Below, in pieces: positions 43,267 through 52,279 of a DNA stretch of 64,000 nucleotides. The translations under genes were made by a program, and so were the position numbers. Position 1 is the stretch's first letter; the number at the start of each line of letters is the position of its first letter. Location: contig JAJDDN010000004.1 of the NCBI GenBank assembly GCA_029260295.1, positions 10,246-74,245 of the forward strand, read 5' to 3'. Origin of the DNA: Phycisphaerales bacterium (GTDB lineage: Bacteria > Planctomycetota > Phycisphaerae > Phycisphaerales > UBA1924). The notes under the pieces are model-generated. The model worked only from the letters and a program-made list of their open reading frames with translations. It did no database searches and was not told where the DNA came from.

Positions 43267-43291
43267 CGAGCCCCATTGGGGCTCGTTTTTT
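43267..43291 (+). terminator. intrinsic terminator
   Basis: CGAGCCCC-att-GGGGCTCG (8-bp perfect stem) followed by TTTTTT. Confidence 0.75.
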
Positions 43292-43391
43292 ATTTTTAGC
43301 CTTTGATATTCCATTGAGTATCAAAGCTATGGCATTGTTAAGACTGTCCGGTAAACCAGAGGCCCTTAAAGCTTTATATCCAAGATCCTGA

Positions 43392-43928
43392 TTAAGCTCT
43401 ACGGGTGCGGCGTTGGCAGCCCAACAGACCGCCGAGGAGTGCGAGTCCGGCGGCGGGCGCTGGGACTACTGTGATTTGTGCGCCATCGGGTCCAGAGATC
43501 GTCATGGTGTACTCGCCCAAGTTCTGGCCTGTTCCTTGCTCAATATACCACCATGAACCCATACTGACTTCATACACGCCCGCCAACAGATCTACGCTTC
43601 GGGAGACAGGGACTCCGGTGGGCGCATCGCCTTCTTGGATATAAAACGGAGTGTCATCATAGTTGTTTGTGTCGAAGTCCCCGTCGGCTGTCACACCAAA
43701 CCATGGCGACAAGCTCTGGCCGGGGTCCATTTCAAAGTTATATGTTCCCTCTGTGTCGATGTTGATGCGAACGAGGTCGTAGTAGAACGAGTTCCCTGCG
43801 CCGTCAAGGAAGTATGAGATCGAGTCAGTATCACTGACCTCACCGGAGATAACGAGCGGGTTGTCTGCCAATGCGAGCGGCGACATTGCAACTACTAAAA
43901 TAACTGGAACGATTCGGTGCATGAACAT
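43392..43928 (-). CDS. PEP-CTERM sorting-domain secreted protein
   Basis: Signal peptide ...IVPVILVVAMSPLALA. C-terminus VVPAPAAGLALLGGLLGCQRRTRRA. Confidence 0.75.
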   Translation of the reverse strand: MFMHRIVPVILVVAMSPLALADNPLVISGEVSDTDSISYFLDGAGNSFYYDLVRINIDTEGTYNFEMDPGQSLSPWFGVTADGDFDTNNYDDTPFYIQEGDAPTGVPVSRSVDLLAGVYEVSMGSWWYIEQGTGQNLGEYTMTISGPDGAQITVVPAPAAGLALLGGLLGCQRRTRRA

Positions 43929-44208
43929 GGGCTCCCCTTCTGTTGTCTACAGCCGACAACATTGCGTATCTTCAAGATTCTTGTGCGACAAGATATGGGA
44001 ATGTACATCAGGCCTAATTGAATGCAAGGGATTATCGGAATATCCTGGTAAAATTACCCGTACGGCATCAGGATCGGTGATTGACAGTGATTCATATCCT
44101 GTGCCAGCAAGTTCGCTGGAGCGATCTGTTCCGAGTTTGACCGGTGGCTTGCTACTTTGGACCCAAGTATCAAGATTGATATTGCGAGTTTCGTATTTGC
44201 TTAGAGGG

Positions 44209-44562
44209 TTAGGCTTTTTTGACGAACTCTGATTTGAGTTGCATGTCGCCGATGCCTTTGATTTTGCAGTCGATGTCGTGGTCGCCATCGACGAGGCGGA
44301 TGTTTTTGACTTTGGTGCCGCCTTTGACGACGAGCGATGTGCCTTTGACTTTGAGGTCTTTGATGACGACGACGGTGTCTCCGGATTGGAGGATGTTGCC
44401 GTTGGAATCGCGTACCTGGGTGTCGTCTATGGGCACTTGGGGTTCGTTTGTGGTTGATTCTGATGCGGACCATTCATGGGCGCAGGAGGGGCATACGAAG
44501 AGCTCTCGGTCTTGGTAGGTGTAGTCCTCGTTGCACTTTGGGCATTTCGGCAAATCGGTCAT
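44209..44562 (-). CDS. yjdM: PhnA/YjdM zinc-ribbon protein
   Basis: [18 protein letters not shown]...[10 protein letters not shown], then the C-terminal [11 protein letters not shown]....[29 protein letters not shown]. Confidence 0.85.
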   Translation of the reverse strand: MTDLPKCPKCNEDYTYQDRELFVCPSCAHEWSASESTTNEPQVPIDDTQVRDSNGNILQSGDTVVVIKDLKVKGTSLVVKGGTKVKNIRLVDGDHDIDCKIKGIGDMQLKSEFVKKA

Positions 44563-44924
44563 TGGTGAACGCCTTGGGATATGGTGATTGTGAGCCAATG
44601 GTACTCTTGCGAGTTGACAAAATCAGACTGGGTGATTTGCTGACGGGAAAATCCGAAACAGTGACTGCAGTTGTCCGTCGGCTTTATCGGCGGCGGCAGT
44701 TGTAACTTCTTTGATGTGCTGGGATCCCTCCCCGAGTTTGGTAAATGGTTTCTGATCGTTATAACCGGTGACGAAGAGTTTGGTTTGTTGACCAGTATGG
44801 CCATAGTTTTGGCCAGTTTTTCTTGTTGTTTTTTTAAATAATATCGGTTTCATGAGAACAATTTCATAGCCGTTGTAGATTGACCCGGGTAATCCTATTA
44901 ACCCACTTGAACAAAGGTTCCACA

Positions 44925-45713
44925 ATGAAAACGCACAAGAACTCCCGTTTGGCAGCCATGTCGATTGTCGCACTCGCCGGATCGCACGCGCTGGCAGGAG
45001 ACCGTGATGTACAGTTTACAAGAGTCTTTACTGACACACATGTCATTGAGATGACCAATACGGGCGATGCTCCGGTTTCTCTCGGCATGTGGCAGTTCTG
45101 TACCCAGAACTCCGCATCGGTATTCAACTACTCAATCGGCGCGACACTTATTGGTCGCGTGCTCCAGCCGCAAGAATCGATGACTATTCATATGAACAAT
45201 GATGCCGACCCGGGTGACCCTACTCAAATGAATCGGATTGAGATGGGCGGCTTTGCCAGCTTTGAACTCACCGCCTACAGCCTCGCGATCTATTCCCCGG
45301 GCTCTCAAGGATTTATTAACTTCGCCAATGGAAATCAAATGATCGACTTTGTTCAATGGAGCATTGACGGGCTTGACAACTTCACCGCTGACGAGCGGTC
45401 CGACGAGGCGGTTTCGGGTGGTTTGTGGACCAATGCGGAAACTTGGATCAATGTCCAGAACGACACGACACTCATCGAACTCGATGATCCCACCTTCGGG
45501 CAGCTCCATGGTCCTGATAGCTATGCTGTTTCTGGAGCGGTATCGTGCTTGGCCGACCTCACCGGCGATGGCGTTCTGGACTTCTTTGATATCTCAACTT
45601 TCCTCACCGCCTTTGGAATAGCCGATCCAGCTGCTGATTTCACTGGCGACGGCAGTTTCGACTTCTTCGATATCAGCACATTCCTCATCGAGTTCTCGTC
45701 TGGCTGCCCTTGA
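44925..45713 (+). CDS. secreted protein (possible lamin-tail-like domain) with C-terminal GCP-terminated dockerin-like anchor
   Basis: Signal peptide MKTHKNSRLAAMSIVALAGSHALA. VIEMTNTGDAPVSLGMWQF resembles LTD motifs (weak). The tail is CLADLTGDGVLDFFDISTFLTAFGIADPAADFTGDGSFDFFDISTFLIEFSSGCP. Confidence 0.7.
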   Translation: MKTHKNSRLAAMSIVALAGSHALAGDRDVQFTRVFTDTHVIEMTNTGDAPVSLGMWQFCTQNSASVFNYSIGATLIGRVLQPQESMTIHMNNDADPGDPTQMNRIEMGGFASFELTAYSLAIYSPGSQGFINFANGNQMIDFVQWSIDGLDNFTADERSDEAVSGGLWTNAETWINVQNDTTLIELDDPTFGQLHGPDSYAVSGAVSCLADLTGDGVLDFFDISTFLTAFGIADPAADFTGDGSFDFFDISTFLIEFSSGCP

Positions 45714-46002
45714 TGCGGCATACTTCGAGCGGTCCTGGGGTGTCTTTCTGGGTATTGACTAGAGCATATGTGCGTGTGTATATTGCCGCGATGTGTGTAT
45801 CGGGATTCGGATCTTGCATTGCATGAGCCAAAGTGTCTGGAGAACGAATCATTTGGCTTCCGCGCCATGAATAGGCCCATTTGATGACTCGCTGAGGAGC
45901 TCGGTCTTTTCTAGTCGGGGTGGCTGGATACCAGTTGAGTACTTTGCTGTTCACAGATTGATTTCTGAGAAATAGAACTACAATCTGTGATCCAATGCGG
46001 GT

Positions 46003-47121
46003 TCACCCGCCCGTGGCAGGTGTAGCCCGTTGCGTGGATTCCGGCCAGGGCCCGTCGCGGGTGACATTTACGATCGACTTTCCATCAAAGTAAAACAGCC
46101 CACCGGAACACCCGAGCCAGAGGATCCCATCCTTGTCCTCGAAAAACTCCTGTACATGGCCGTGGGCCGGCATGCGATTGATGAGCAGGTCGTGATCCTC
46201 ACGGAAGGCGGTGAAAGTCTTTCCGTCGTAGCGAGAGGCGCCGGCTCCGAGCGTCGAGAACCACATGTTGCCGGCTCTGTCTTGAATAATCTCGTAGATG
46301 CGATTGTTGTTGAGCCCGTCCTCTTTGGTAAAGTTGTGAAACTCGCCGTCGTCAAATCGGCTCACGCCCCCGCCGTTGGTTCCGATCCAGATCCGCCCCT
46401 CGCGGTCGCCGTAGATGGATCGCACATAGTTGCCAGCGAGACCATCCTTCTCGGTGTCGTTTGTGAACGACTTTCCGTCGTATATATACACTCCCTCGCC
46501 GTGTGTACCGAACCAGATATTTCCGGCCTGGTCCTCGAACAAGCCGAAGGCCACCTTTGGTGTGAATCCCGACTCGGATTTTTTGATCCCGCTACTTGGA
46601 AGGGGAAAGGGGATGAAGGACTCGCCGTCGAAATAGCAGACCCCGGCGTGTGTGCCGACCCAGATGACGCCGGTGCTGTCCTGCATGATGCTCCACACAC
46701 TGTTGCCGCTGAGGCCGTTGGCCACCGTGTAGTTGGTGAACTTGCTTGACTCATAGCGGCTGACTCCATTGCTGGTGGCGAACCACAGGGCTCCGGCGGG
46801 ATCTTGCAGGATCCCTCGGATCGCCGTGCCGGCCAAACCCTGCTTCACGCTGATGTATGTGAGGGAATCTCCGTCGTAGCGAGCGAGGCCGTCGCCATTG
46901 GTGCCGAACCAGTACACGCCATCCCGGTCCTGAAAGACTTCACGCACATACTCGCTGATCTGCTCGGACTCACTGATCGGCGTGGGCTGGTCAAAGAATG
47001 TAGTGGTGTCTGGAGGCCCAATGGACTGTGCAGCGGTGCTGACAGACCAAACGACGATGAAGGGCAGAAATAGAAGCGTGCGATGAAGCCGCATCGTTCG
47101 GGTTGGCAAATGTGATGACAA
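46003..47121 (-). CDS. secreted beta-propeller protein with two-component-regulator propeller (Reg_prop)-type repeats
   Basis: Repeats such as W(F/I)GT..G(L/V).RYDG..F..(Y/F)T...GL..N.(V/I).(S/E)I.QD..G..W. Signal peptide from the internal ATG 47094. Confidence 0.7.
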   Translation of the reverse strand: MSSHLPTRTMRLHRTLLFLPFIVVWSVSTAAQSIGPPDTTTFFDQPTPISESEQISEYVREVFQDRDGVYWFGTNGDGLARYDGDSLTYISVKQGLAGTAIRGILQDPAGALWFATSNGVSRYESSKFTNYTVANGLSGNSVWSIMQDSTGVIWVGTHAGVCYFDGESFIPFPLPSSGIKKSESGFTPKVAFGLFEDQAGNIWFGTHGEGVYIYDGKSFTNDTEKDGLAGNYVRSIYGDREGRIWIGTNGGGVSRFDDGEFHNFTKEDGLNNNRIYEIIQDRAGNMWFSTLGAGASRYDGKTFTAFREDHDLLINRMPAHGHVQEFFEDKDGILWLGCSGGLFYFDGKSIVNVTRDGPWPESTQRATPATGG

Positions 47122-47273
47122 TGAGAGCCTCCAAACTCGATGGCCAAGAGTTCATGGCCGGGAGATGTGTATGACCTGTTATCGATTGTGTACTGGGTTC
47201 TGACTGGTGGAGTTGCACCGAGCTGCAACTCGGTCTTTATTGTGAGGCTGCAACTGCATTGGTTATCACGGCG

Positions 47274-47298
47274 CAAAAAAAGGAGCCTATTGGGCTCC
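47274..47298 (-). terminator. intrinsic terminator (minus strand)
   Basis: Minus strand: GGAGCC-caata-GGCTCC followed by TTTTTTT. It lies downstream of the FGE-like gene and of tRNA-like fragment A. Confidence 0.6.
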
Positions 47299-47304
47299 AG
47301 CTTC

Positions 47305-47321
47305 AAATCGGGGCTACAGGA
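47305..47321 (-). repeat. degenerate copy (13/17) of the tRNA-Pro 3' end plus flank (fragment A)
   Basis: AAATCGGGGCTACAGGA versus AAATCGGGGTGAGAGGA at the tRNA (51581-51597). About 85 nt around it is homologous to fragment B. Confidence 0.4.
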
Positions 47322-47480
47322 CATCGGTTGAATTTTTATCCAGTCTCGAATCTACCTTTGGGACATTGAAACACGGATTCGTGTTATTGAGAGTGAATGA
47401 TCCTGCTTTGCAACTACACACGCTTTGCATGCTTGCAGCTTCAATTTAACTTGTCGAAAGGAACCAAACGAGCGGTGGTG

Positions 47481-48983
47481 TCAGAAGGGGAGATCCAGCG
47501 ACGGGCGGAAGCCGAAGCCCTTGTTGGCCCCGGGTGAGTCGCACGCGCCGCACTTGAAACGAGCGGCCGAGCGTGCGAACGAAGCATCGCCGCCAAAGTT
47601 GCCACCGCGGGCCATGCGCTCTCCGGAGATGCCGGACCGTCTTCCTGTCCCTTTCTCAACCGGTGTCTCATAGCTGAAGTAATGGTCCCTGATCCACTCG
47701 CAGACATTCCCGTGGACATCGAAGAGGCCGAACGCATTGGCGGCGAACATCGCTACCGGGGCGACCGGAATTCCATACCCGTCGAGCCAGAGTTCCCGGG
47801 ACCAATCCTCGGGGCACTCCAGACTACCAAGGTTTGCGAACTTCTGCAGGCTGCTCTTGTTGGCACCCATCGCCCAAGCCGATGTCGTTCCCGCTCGGCA
47901 CATGAACTCCCATTGCGCTTCTGTAGGAAGCGTCAGGTTTCCTTGACGACACCATGTTTCAACATCCTCGGGGTTCATTCCCACCTTTGGAAGCTGAGCC
48001 GCCCCTTCGAACGCGTCGCCCTTGGCACCACTCGCAGTCGCCAGCTTTGCCCAAGCCTCCTGCGTGCACTCGGTGCGAGCGATCAGAAACGGATCCAAGA
48101 CGACCCAGTGCTGGAGCTCGTCTTCTCTACGGTGGGCTTCACTCGCAGGCGATCCCATCAGGAATCTTCCGCCCGGCACCAGCACGAACTCGAGGCCTGT
48201 TTTTTCGTGTAACCAGATCGATATCCAGTGCGACACCCCGCCTGCGGAAAAATGTTCGACGCGTTGATAGATGAATCCTGAAAGCTCTTGTTCCCATCGC
48301 GATTGTGCTGCCTGAGCAATATCTGCAACGCCCTGCTTGTCAAGGGTTGAATATTTGGATCTTTCTTTCAAGTACTTCAATGAGGCTGTTTGAGAGTGGA
48401 TTGATTGAATCGCCATATCCAATGAACGCCAGACTTTATGTTCTTTGGGCTGTTGGCTGACTTGAATATTTACAAATGAGTGTTCATTGGTGTCGACAAT
48501 GGTTTCGACCTGCACCCGGATATCGATCGGCTCAAAGGTTGCAAACGCATCTACAAGATGCATCTGCGCCTCGAAGTGGTTTTGCGTAATGCGTTCTACT
48601 TCCACTTGTGCTGGTCTGACACTGATTTCTTTGTCCTTGTTGGATGCGAACACAGACATCAGCCCATCATAGTATTTCTTGAGCAGGTCCTCGACTCTTT
48701 CGATGTCGGGCGCGGGCTCATTGATCGACATCACAAACGCATACGACCAGAAATTCTCGGAACTTGAATCTCGCCACCCGGGGGGGAAACGCAATGACTC
48801 AGTTCCTGCTGGTAGTTCAGGAGCGAAACTAGGTGGTAGATCGAAGGTTTCGGACGCCCAGTCCTCGATCAAAACGAGATCGGGCTCATCCACCGGAACG
48901 GCCGCGATCTCATCTTGAGCCATAGTCGAAAGACAAGAGAGTGTGATGACACCCAAGAGGATTGTGGCATGATGGAATCGCAT
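47481..48983 (-). CDS. formylglycine-generating-enzyme (SUMF1/FGE-sulfatase) domain protein, secreted
   Basis: C-terminal domain FVLVPGGRFLMGSP...E.P.H.V.L.PF......T...W, GNVCEW, RGG.F......RSA.R....P.....GFR. N-terminal signal peptide. Confidence 0.8.
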   Translation of the reverse strand: MRFHHATILLGVITLSCLSTMAQDEIAAVPVDEPDLVLIEDWASETFDLPPSFAPELPAGTESLRFPPGWRDSSSENFWSYAFVMSINEPAPDIERVEDLLKKYYDGLMSVFASNKDKEISVRPAQVEVERITQNHFEAQMHLVDAFATFEPIDIRVQVETIVDTNEHSFVNIQVSQQPKEHKVWRSLDMAIQSIHSQTASLKYLKERSKYSTLDKQGVADIAQAAQSRWEQELSGFIYQRVEHFSAGGVSHWISIWLHEKTGLEFVLVPGGRFLMGSPASEAHRREDELQHWVVLDPFLIARTECTQEAWAKLATASGAKGDAFEGAAQLPKVGMNPEDVETWCRQGNLTLPTEAQWEFMCRAGTTSAWAMGANKSSLQKFANLGSLECPEDWSRELWLDGYGIPVAPVAMFAANAFGLFDVHGNVCEWIRDHYFSYETPVEKGTGRRSGISGERMARGGNFGGDASFARSAARFKCGACDSPGANKGFGFRPSLDLPF

Positions 48984-49116
48984 GAACAGCCTTACTTGTC
49001 TTGAAGGATAATCAAATTAAGGGGCTCGAACAGCCGCGTACATTGTTCGTACCCAACTTCAATCTCAAGGTTGCAAGTCCCACACTCTTGAAATGAAACT
49101 CCGAATTACCCAGATA

Positions 49117-49150
49117 CTAAAAAGCCCTTCGACGAGTTTGTCGAAGGGCT
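49117..49150 (-). terminator. intrinsic terminator (minus strand) with no convincing upstream CDS
   Basis: Minus strand: GCCCTTCGAC-aaactc-GTCGAAGGGC (10-bp stem) followed by TTTTT. It directly follows tRNA-like fragment B. Confidence 0.6.
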
Positions 49151-49161
49151 TGAAACATTTC

Positions 49162-49178
49162 AAATCGGGGTGAGAGGA
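49162..49178 (-). repeat. exact 17-nt copy of the tRNA-Pro 3' end plus flank (fragment B; att-like)
   Basis: AAATCGGGGTGAGAGGA is identical to 51581-51597. On the minus strand the context reads TTCAACTGGTGTCCTCTCACCCCGATTT, against GGTTCAAATCCTCTCACCCCGATTT for the tRNA. Confidence 0.55.
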
Positions 49179-49654
49179 CACCAGTTGAATTTTTTGCCAA
49201 CCTGATCGGCCTTTGGAACCTAGAAACGCGCATTTCGCCTATACGGCGAAAGACTCCCAGTCCCTCTCGGCCAACGCCTGAAACTATCCCCCGGGCTGGA
49301 TTCTGGGGGGCAGGCCAAAGTGTGCCTGTGGCTTCGGTAGTCATGGACACCTCCCTTCGCTGCTGCACGATTACTTATCCGTCATTGACGATTCCGATCT
49401 GGATTGGGAGTTGACTGCGCGATTCTACAACTCGATGAAATCTTCATCAGACGAATCCGAATAGTTCATATCAAAGCCGTCGATTTTTCACTCTGACAAC
49501 AACACCCTGAAGTCGGCGTGTGACAGCTTATGTCGTCTGAATCAAACCCAGTCACGGTCGCCCACAATGCGGCTATTCGAAGGCGGATCGTTCGCATCTT
49601 CGTTCTTACTCAAAGCACATCATATACCAATCAAGTAATTTTGGAGTTCTCGTT

Positions 49655-51385
49655 ATGAAACTTAAGCGTCCGCTGGCATTGACCGCCTCATTTGTTCTCA
49701 TTGTTGCGATACTCGCGACAGTCGCGGGACTGACATTTCGAGTCGCCCTCGGGCCAATGGTCCAGAACACCGCCCACGATGCCGTTTATGCACCCAATGG
49801 AGTCGTAGCAACCAGTCAGCCCCTCGCAAGCCAAGCAGGCCTGCGCGTACTCCAGGAGGGCGGTAACGCGATCGATGCGGCGGTGACTGCGGCCGCGGTG
49901 CTCAATGTTGTTGAGCCCTACATGACGGGAATAGGCGGAGACATGTTTGCCATTCTGTGGTCTGAACGAGAACAGCGACTGGTGGGAATCAACGGAAGTG
50001 GGCGTGCCGGATCGTTGATGACCCGCGAGGCACTCGGTGGCAGTGTGCCCAAAGACGGGGCGGGGTCAATAACGATTCCCGGAGCTCTGGCGGGCTGGGC
50101 TGCATTACTCGATGAATACGGCACGATCACTCTATCCGAGGCTCTTCAGCCAGCAATTCAACTCGCCAAAGAGGGATTCCCTGTATCGAGAACCACGGCG
50201 AGCGAGTGGGCCAAGTTCGAAAGCAAGATCAAGTCGGATCCTGGTGCCCGCCAAACCTACTTGATCAACGGCAAGAGAGCACCAAGAGCGGGTGAGTGGT
50301 TTGCGAATCCTGACCTCGCAAAGACGATGCAGGCGATTGCGGACAAGGGCCCGGGACTGCTTTACGGCGGTGAGCTCGGCGAGCAGATAGCGGAACATGT
50401 CCAGGAACTCGGAGGATTCATAACGGCCGATGACTTCGCCGGGCACAAATCGGAGTGGGTCATGCCAATCTCAGTTTCTTACGGCAACTATCAAGTGTGG
50501 GAGCTTCCACCAAACGGCCAGGGCATCGCAGCCCTCGAGATGCTCCGGCTTCTTGAGTCTTATGATCTCGCTTCGATGGGACACAACTCGGCTGCCTATC
50601 TTCACCACCTGATCGAAGCGAAGAAGCTTGCCTACGCAGACCTCAAGCATTTCGTTGGTGACCCTGAGTATATGACAATCACCCCTGAACAACTCCTTGA
50701 CGACGAGTTCATCAAGGCGAGGCGGGCTTACATGAACCCAAATCGAGCTCTTCGACACGCGACTCCCGACCAATCGATGACAAATAGCGATACCACCTAT
50801 CTCACCGTTGCGGACAAAGAGGGCAACATGGTCTCATTCATCAACAGCATAGCAGGACCATTCGGCTCCGGGGTCGTCGTGCCTGGCACTGGGTTTGCGA
50901 TTCAGAACCGCGGTGCTGGATTCTCTATCGAAGAAGGTCGTGCCAATACGGCGGCCCCGGGAAGGCGACCATTTCACACCATCATCCCGGGATTCGTGAC
51001 CAAGAGCGGCGACGACGGGAAACAGCAGCCTTGGCTCAGCTTCGGCATTGTCGGAGGGGCCCAGCAACCACAAGCGCATGTACAAGTCCTGCTGAATATC
51101 CTGCTCTTTGACATGGATGTCCAGCAGGCACTCGATGCGCCCCGGTTTCGTCATTGGCATGGCAATAGCGTGACATTCGAAAGCTCCATCCCTGAATCAA
51201 CAATAGATGAACTTCTCGCAAAGGGGCACAATCCACATGATCCGCTGATGGAAATAGGGAGCATCTTACTCGTGGGCGAAAACATGGGTCTGATTTACGG
51301 CGGCGGGCAAGCCATCATGCGAAGTGATCGCGGCTATATCGCCGGCTCAGATGCTCGGCGTGATGGGATAGCGGCCGCCTATTGA
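49655..51385 (+). CDS. ggt: gamma-glutamyltransferase
   Basis: Signal/TM N-terminus, QAG..VL..GGNA.DAAVA, catalytic Thr context NSDTTYLTVADKEGN, and a C-terminal GG....P...Q motif. Confidence 0.9.
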   Translation: MKLKRPLALTASFVLIVAILATVAGLTFRVALGPMVQNTAHDAVYAPNGVVATSQPLASQAGLRVLQEGGNAIDAAVTAAAVLNVVEPYMTGIGGDMFAILWSEREQRLVGINGSGRAGSLMTREALGGSVPKDGAGSITIPGALAGWAALLDEYGTITLSEALQPAIQLAKEGFPVSRTTASEWAKFESKIKSDPGARQTYLINGKRAPRAGEWFANPDLAKTMQAIADKGPGLLYGGELGEQIAEHVQELGGFITADDFAGHKSEWVMPISVSYGNYQVWELPPNGQGIAALEMLRLLESYDLASMGHNSAAYLHHLIEAKKLAYADLKHFVGDPEYMTITPEQLLDDEFIKARRAYMNPNRALRHATPDQSMTNSDTTYLTVADKEGNMVSFINSIAGPFGSGVVVPGTGFAIQNRGAGFSIEEGRANTAAPGRRPFHTIIPGFVTKSGDDGKQQPWLSFGIVGGAQQPQAHVQVLLNILLFDMDVQQALDAPRFRHWHGNSVTFESSIPESTIDELLAKGHNPHDPLMEIGSILLVGENMGLIYGGGQAIMRSDRGYIAGSDARRDGIAAAY

Positions 51386-51546
51386 CATGGATCAGAATTT
51401 GGTATAAGCCAAGATACGATGAACCGGATGGCGATGGCAGTCGATCGAGAAGCGTGTGCACTGTTGATGGAAAGTGCATTAGCAATCGCCTGAAGATTCA
51501 TTCGCATCCCGTTCAGTAGTCGGCTTGCTAGTTGTTTAGAGTAAAA
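51382..51546 (-). pseudogene. possible C-terminal remnant of a tyrosine recombinase/integrase next to tRNA-Pro
   Basis: The minus-strand frame gives ...QLASRLLNGMRMNLQAIANALSINS..., which loosely follows the A-S-x-L-L-x-x-G-x-x-L-x-x-I-x-x-x-L-G-H integrase pattern but lacks the catalytic His and Tyr. Weak. Confidence 0.2.
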
Positions 51547-51583
51547 CACGAGGATGCATGCCCGTGAAACTTCCATCGTGAAA

Positions 51584-51658
51584 TCGGGGTGAGAGGATTT
51601 GAACCTCCGACCTTCTGACCCCCAGTCAGATGCGCTAACCAAACTGCGCTACACCCCG
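51584..51658 (-). tRNA. tRNA-Pro (anticodon GGG)
   Basis: Minus strand: CGGGGTGTAGCGCAGTTTGGTTAGCGCATCTGACTGGGGGTCAGAAGGTCGGAGGTTCAAATCCTCTCACCCCGA. Acceptor stem CGGGGTG/CACCCCG, anticodon stem TCTGA/TCAGA with loop CTGGGGG, T-arm GGAGGTTCAAATCCTC. CCA is not encoded. Confidence 0.9.
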
Positions 51659-51757
51659 GAATGGCTTGTATCCAAGCCGGAGTGAAGCATAGCCGCGATC
51701 GGTCCCCGAGACCATTCCCACCCCCACTCACACCCCCTTGCCCCCTACCATTCAGAA

Positions 51758-52261
51758 ATGCTCGATCATCCCTCCAAGAGTCGATCACGCACAGCAAACT
51801 GGCTCTCACTGCGTTCGCTCCCCGAACAAGAGCTGTTCCCATCGAAAGAAGATGCCTCTAGAGCGATGCGGCGGGCGAGTTGGAAGATGGTTGGGCGTTG
51901 GCCCTGGATTCTTGCGGTGCTCGTTGCGATTGGGGTGTCGCTCTTTGCGACACTTGTTTTGAGGAAGGCGGCTTACGGGCTTGGGCTCCCGATCCCTGAG
52001 GTTGTGATTAATCTGATCCTGATGCTCCCGGTCATGATCGGGGCGTCGCTTGTTTCGCTCTGGATGCTCAATAAGCACCTGGCCAAGCACCTGCGGCTGG
52101 AACTGCTTGAGTGCGGGGTGCCGGTTTGTCTTTATTGTGGGTATCACCTGAAGGGTGCGCCCGACCCCGAATGCCCTGAATGCGGGAAACCGATCGGCGA
52201 AGCAGTGCGGGCGGTGATTGATGGGGCTTCATCGGGCTCTGCTTCGGATCCGCCGGGTTGA
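51758..52261 (+). CDS. hypothetical membrane protein with C-terminal zinc ribbon
   Basis: Two TM helices, then CLYCGYHLKG....CPECGKPI. The start is uncertain; a later ATG (MRRASW...) is possible. Confidence 0.45.
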   Translation: MLDHPSKSRSRTANWLSLRSLPEQELFPSKEDASRAMRRASWKMVGRWPWILAVLVAIGVSLFATLVLRKAAYGLGLPIPEVVINLILMLPVMIGASLVSLWMLNKHLAKHLRLELLECGVPVCLYCGYHLKGAPDPECPECGKPIGEAVRAVIDGASSGSASDPPG

Positions 52262-52279
52262 TTGCACCTATTGTTGTGC

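Noticed and set aside
44623-44853. Small minus-strand ORF (about 76 aa, MKPILFKKTTRKTG...) upstream of phnA/yjdM
   Set aside because: It has no recognisable SD or family, and the longer version overlaps the 44925 gene region. Evidence is insufficient to call it.
45952-45989. 9-bp inverted repeat CACAGATTG...CAATCTGTG downstream of the Reg_prop gene
   Set aside because: The loop is 20 nt, there is no T-run on either strand, and it occurs only once. It may be a weak terminator or protein site, but nothing else supports it.
49117-49368. 83-aa minus-strand ORF in the 670-bp gap before ggt
   Set aside because: It has no RBS, a composition atypical of coding sequence, and it ends inside a terminator hairpin. 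More likely non-coding; see the tRNA-fragment finding.
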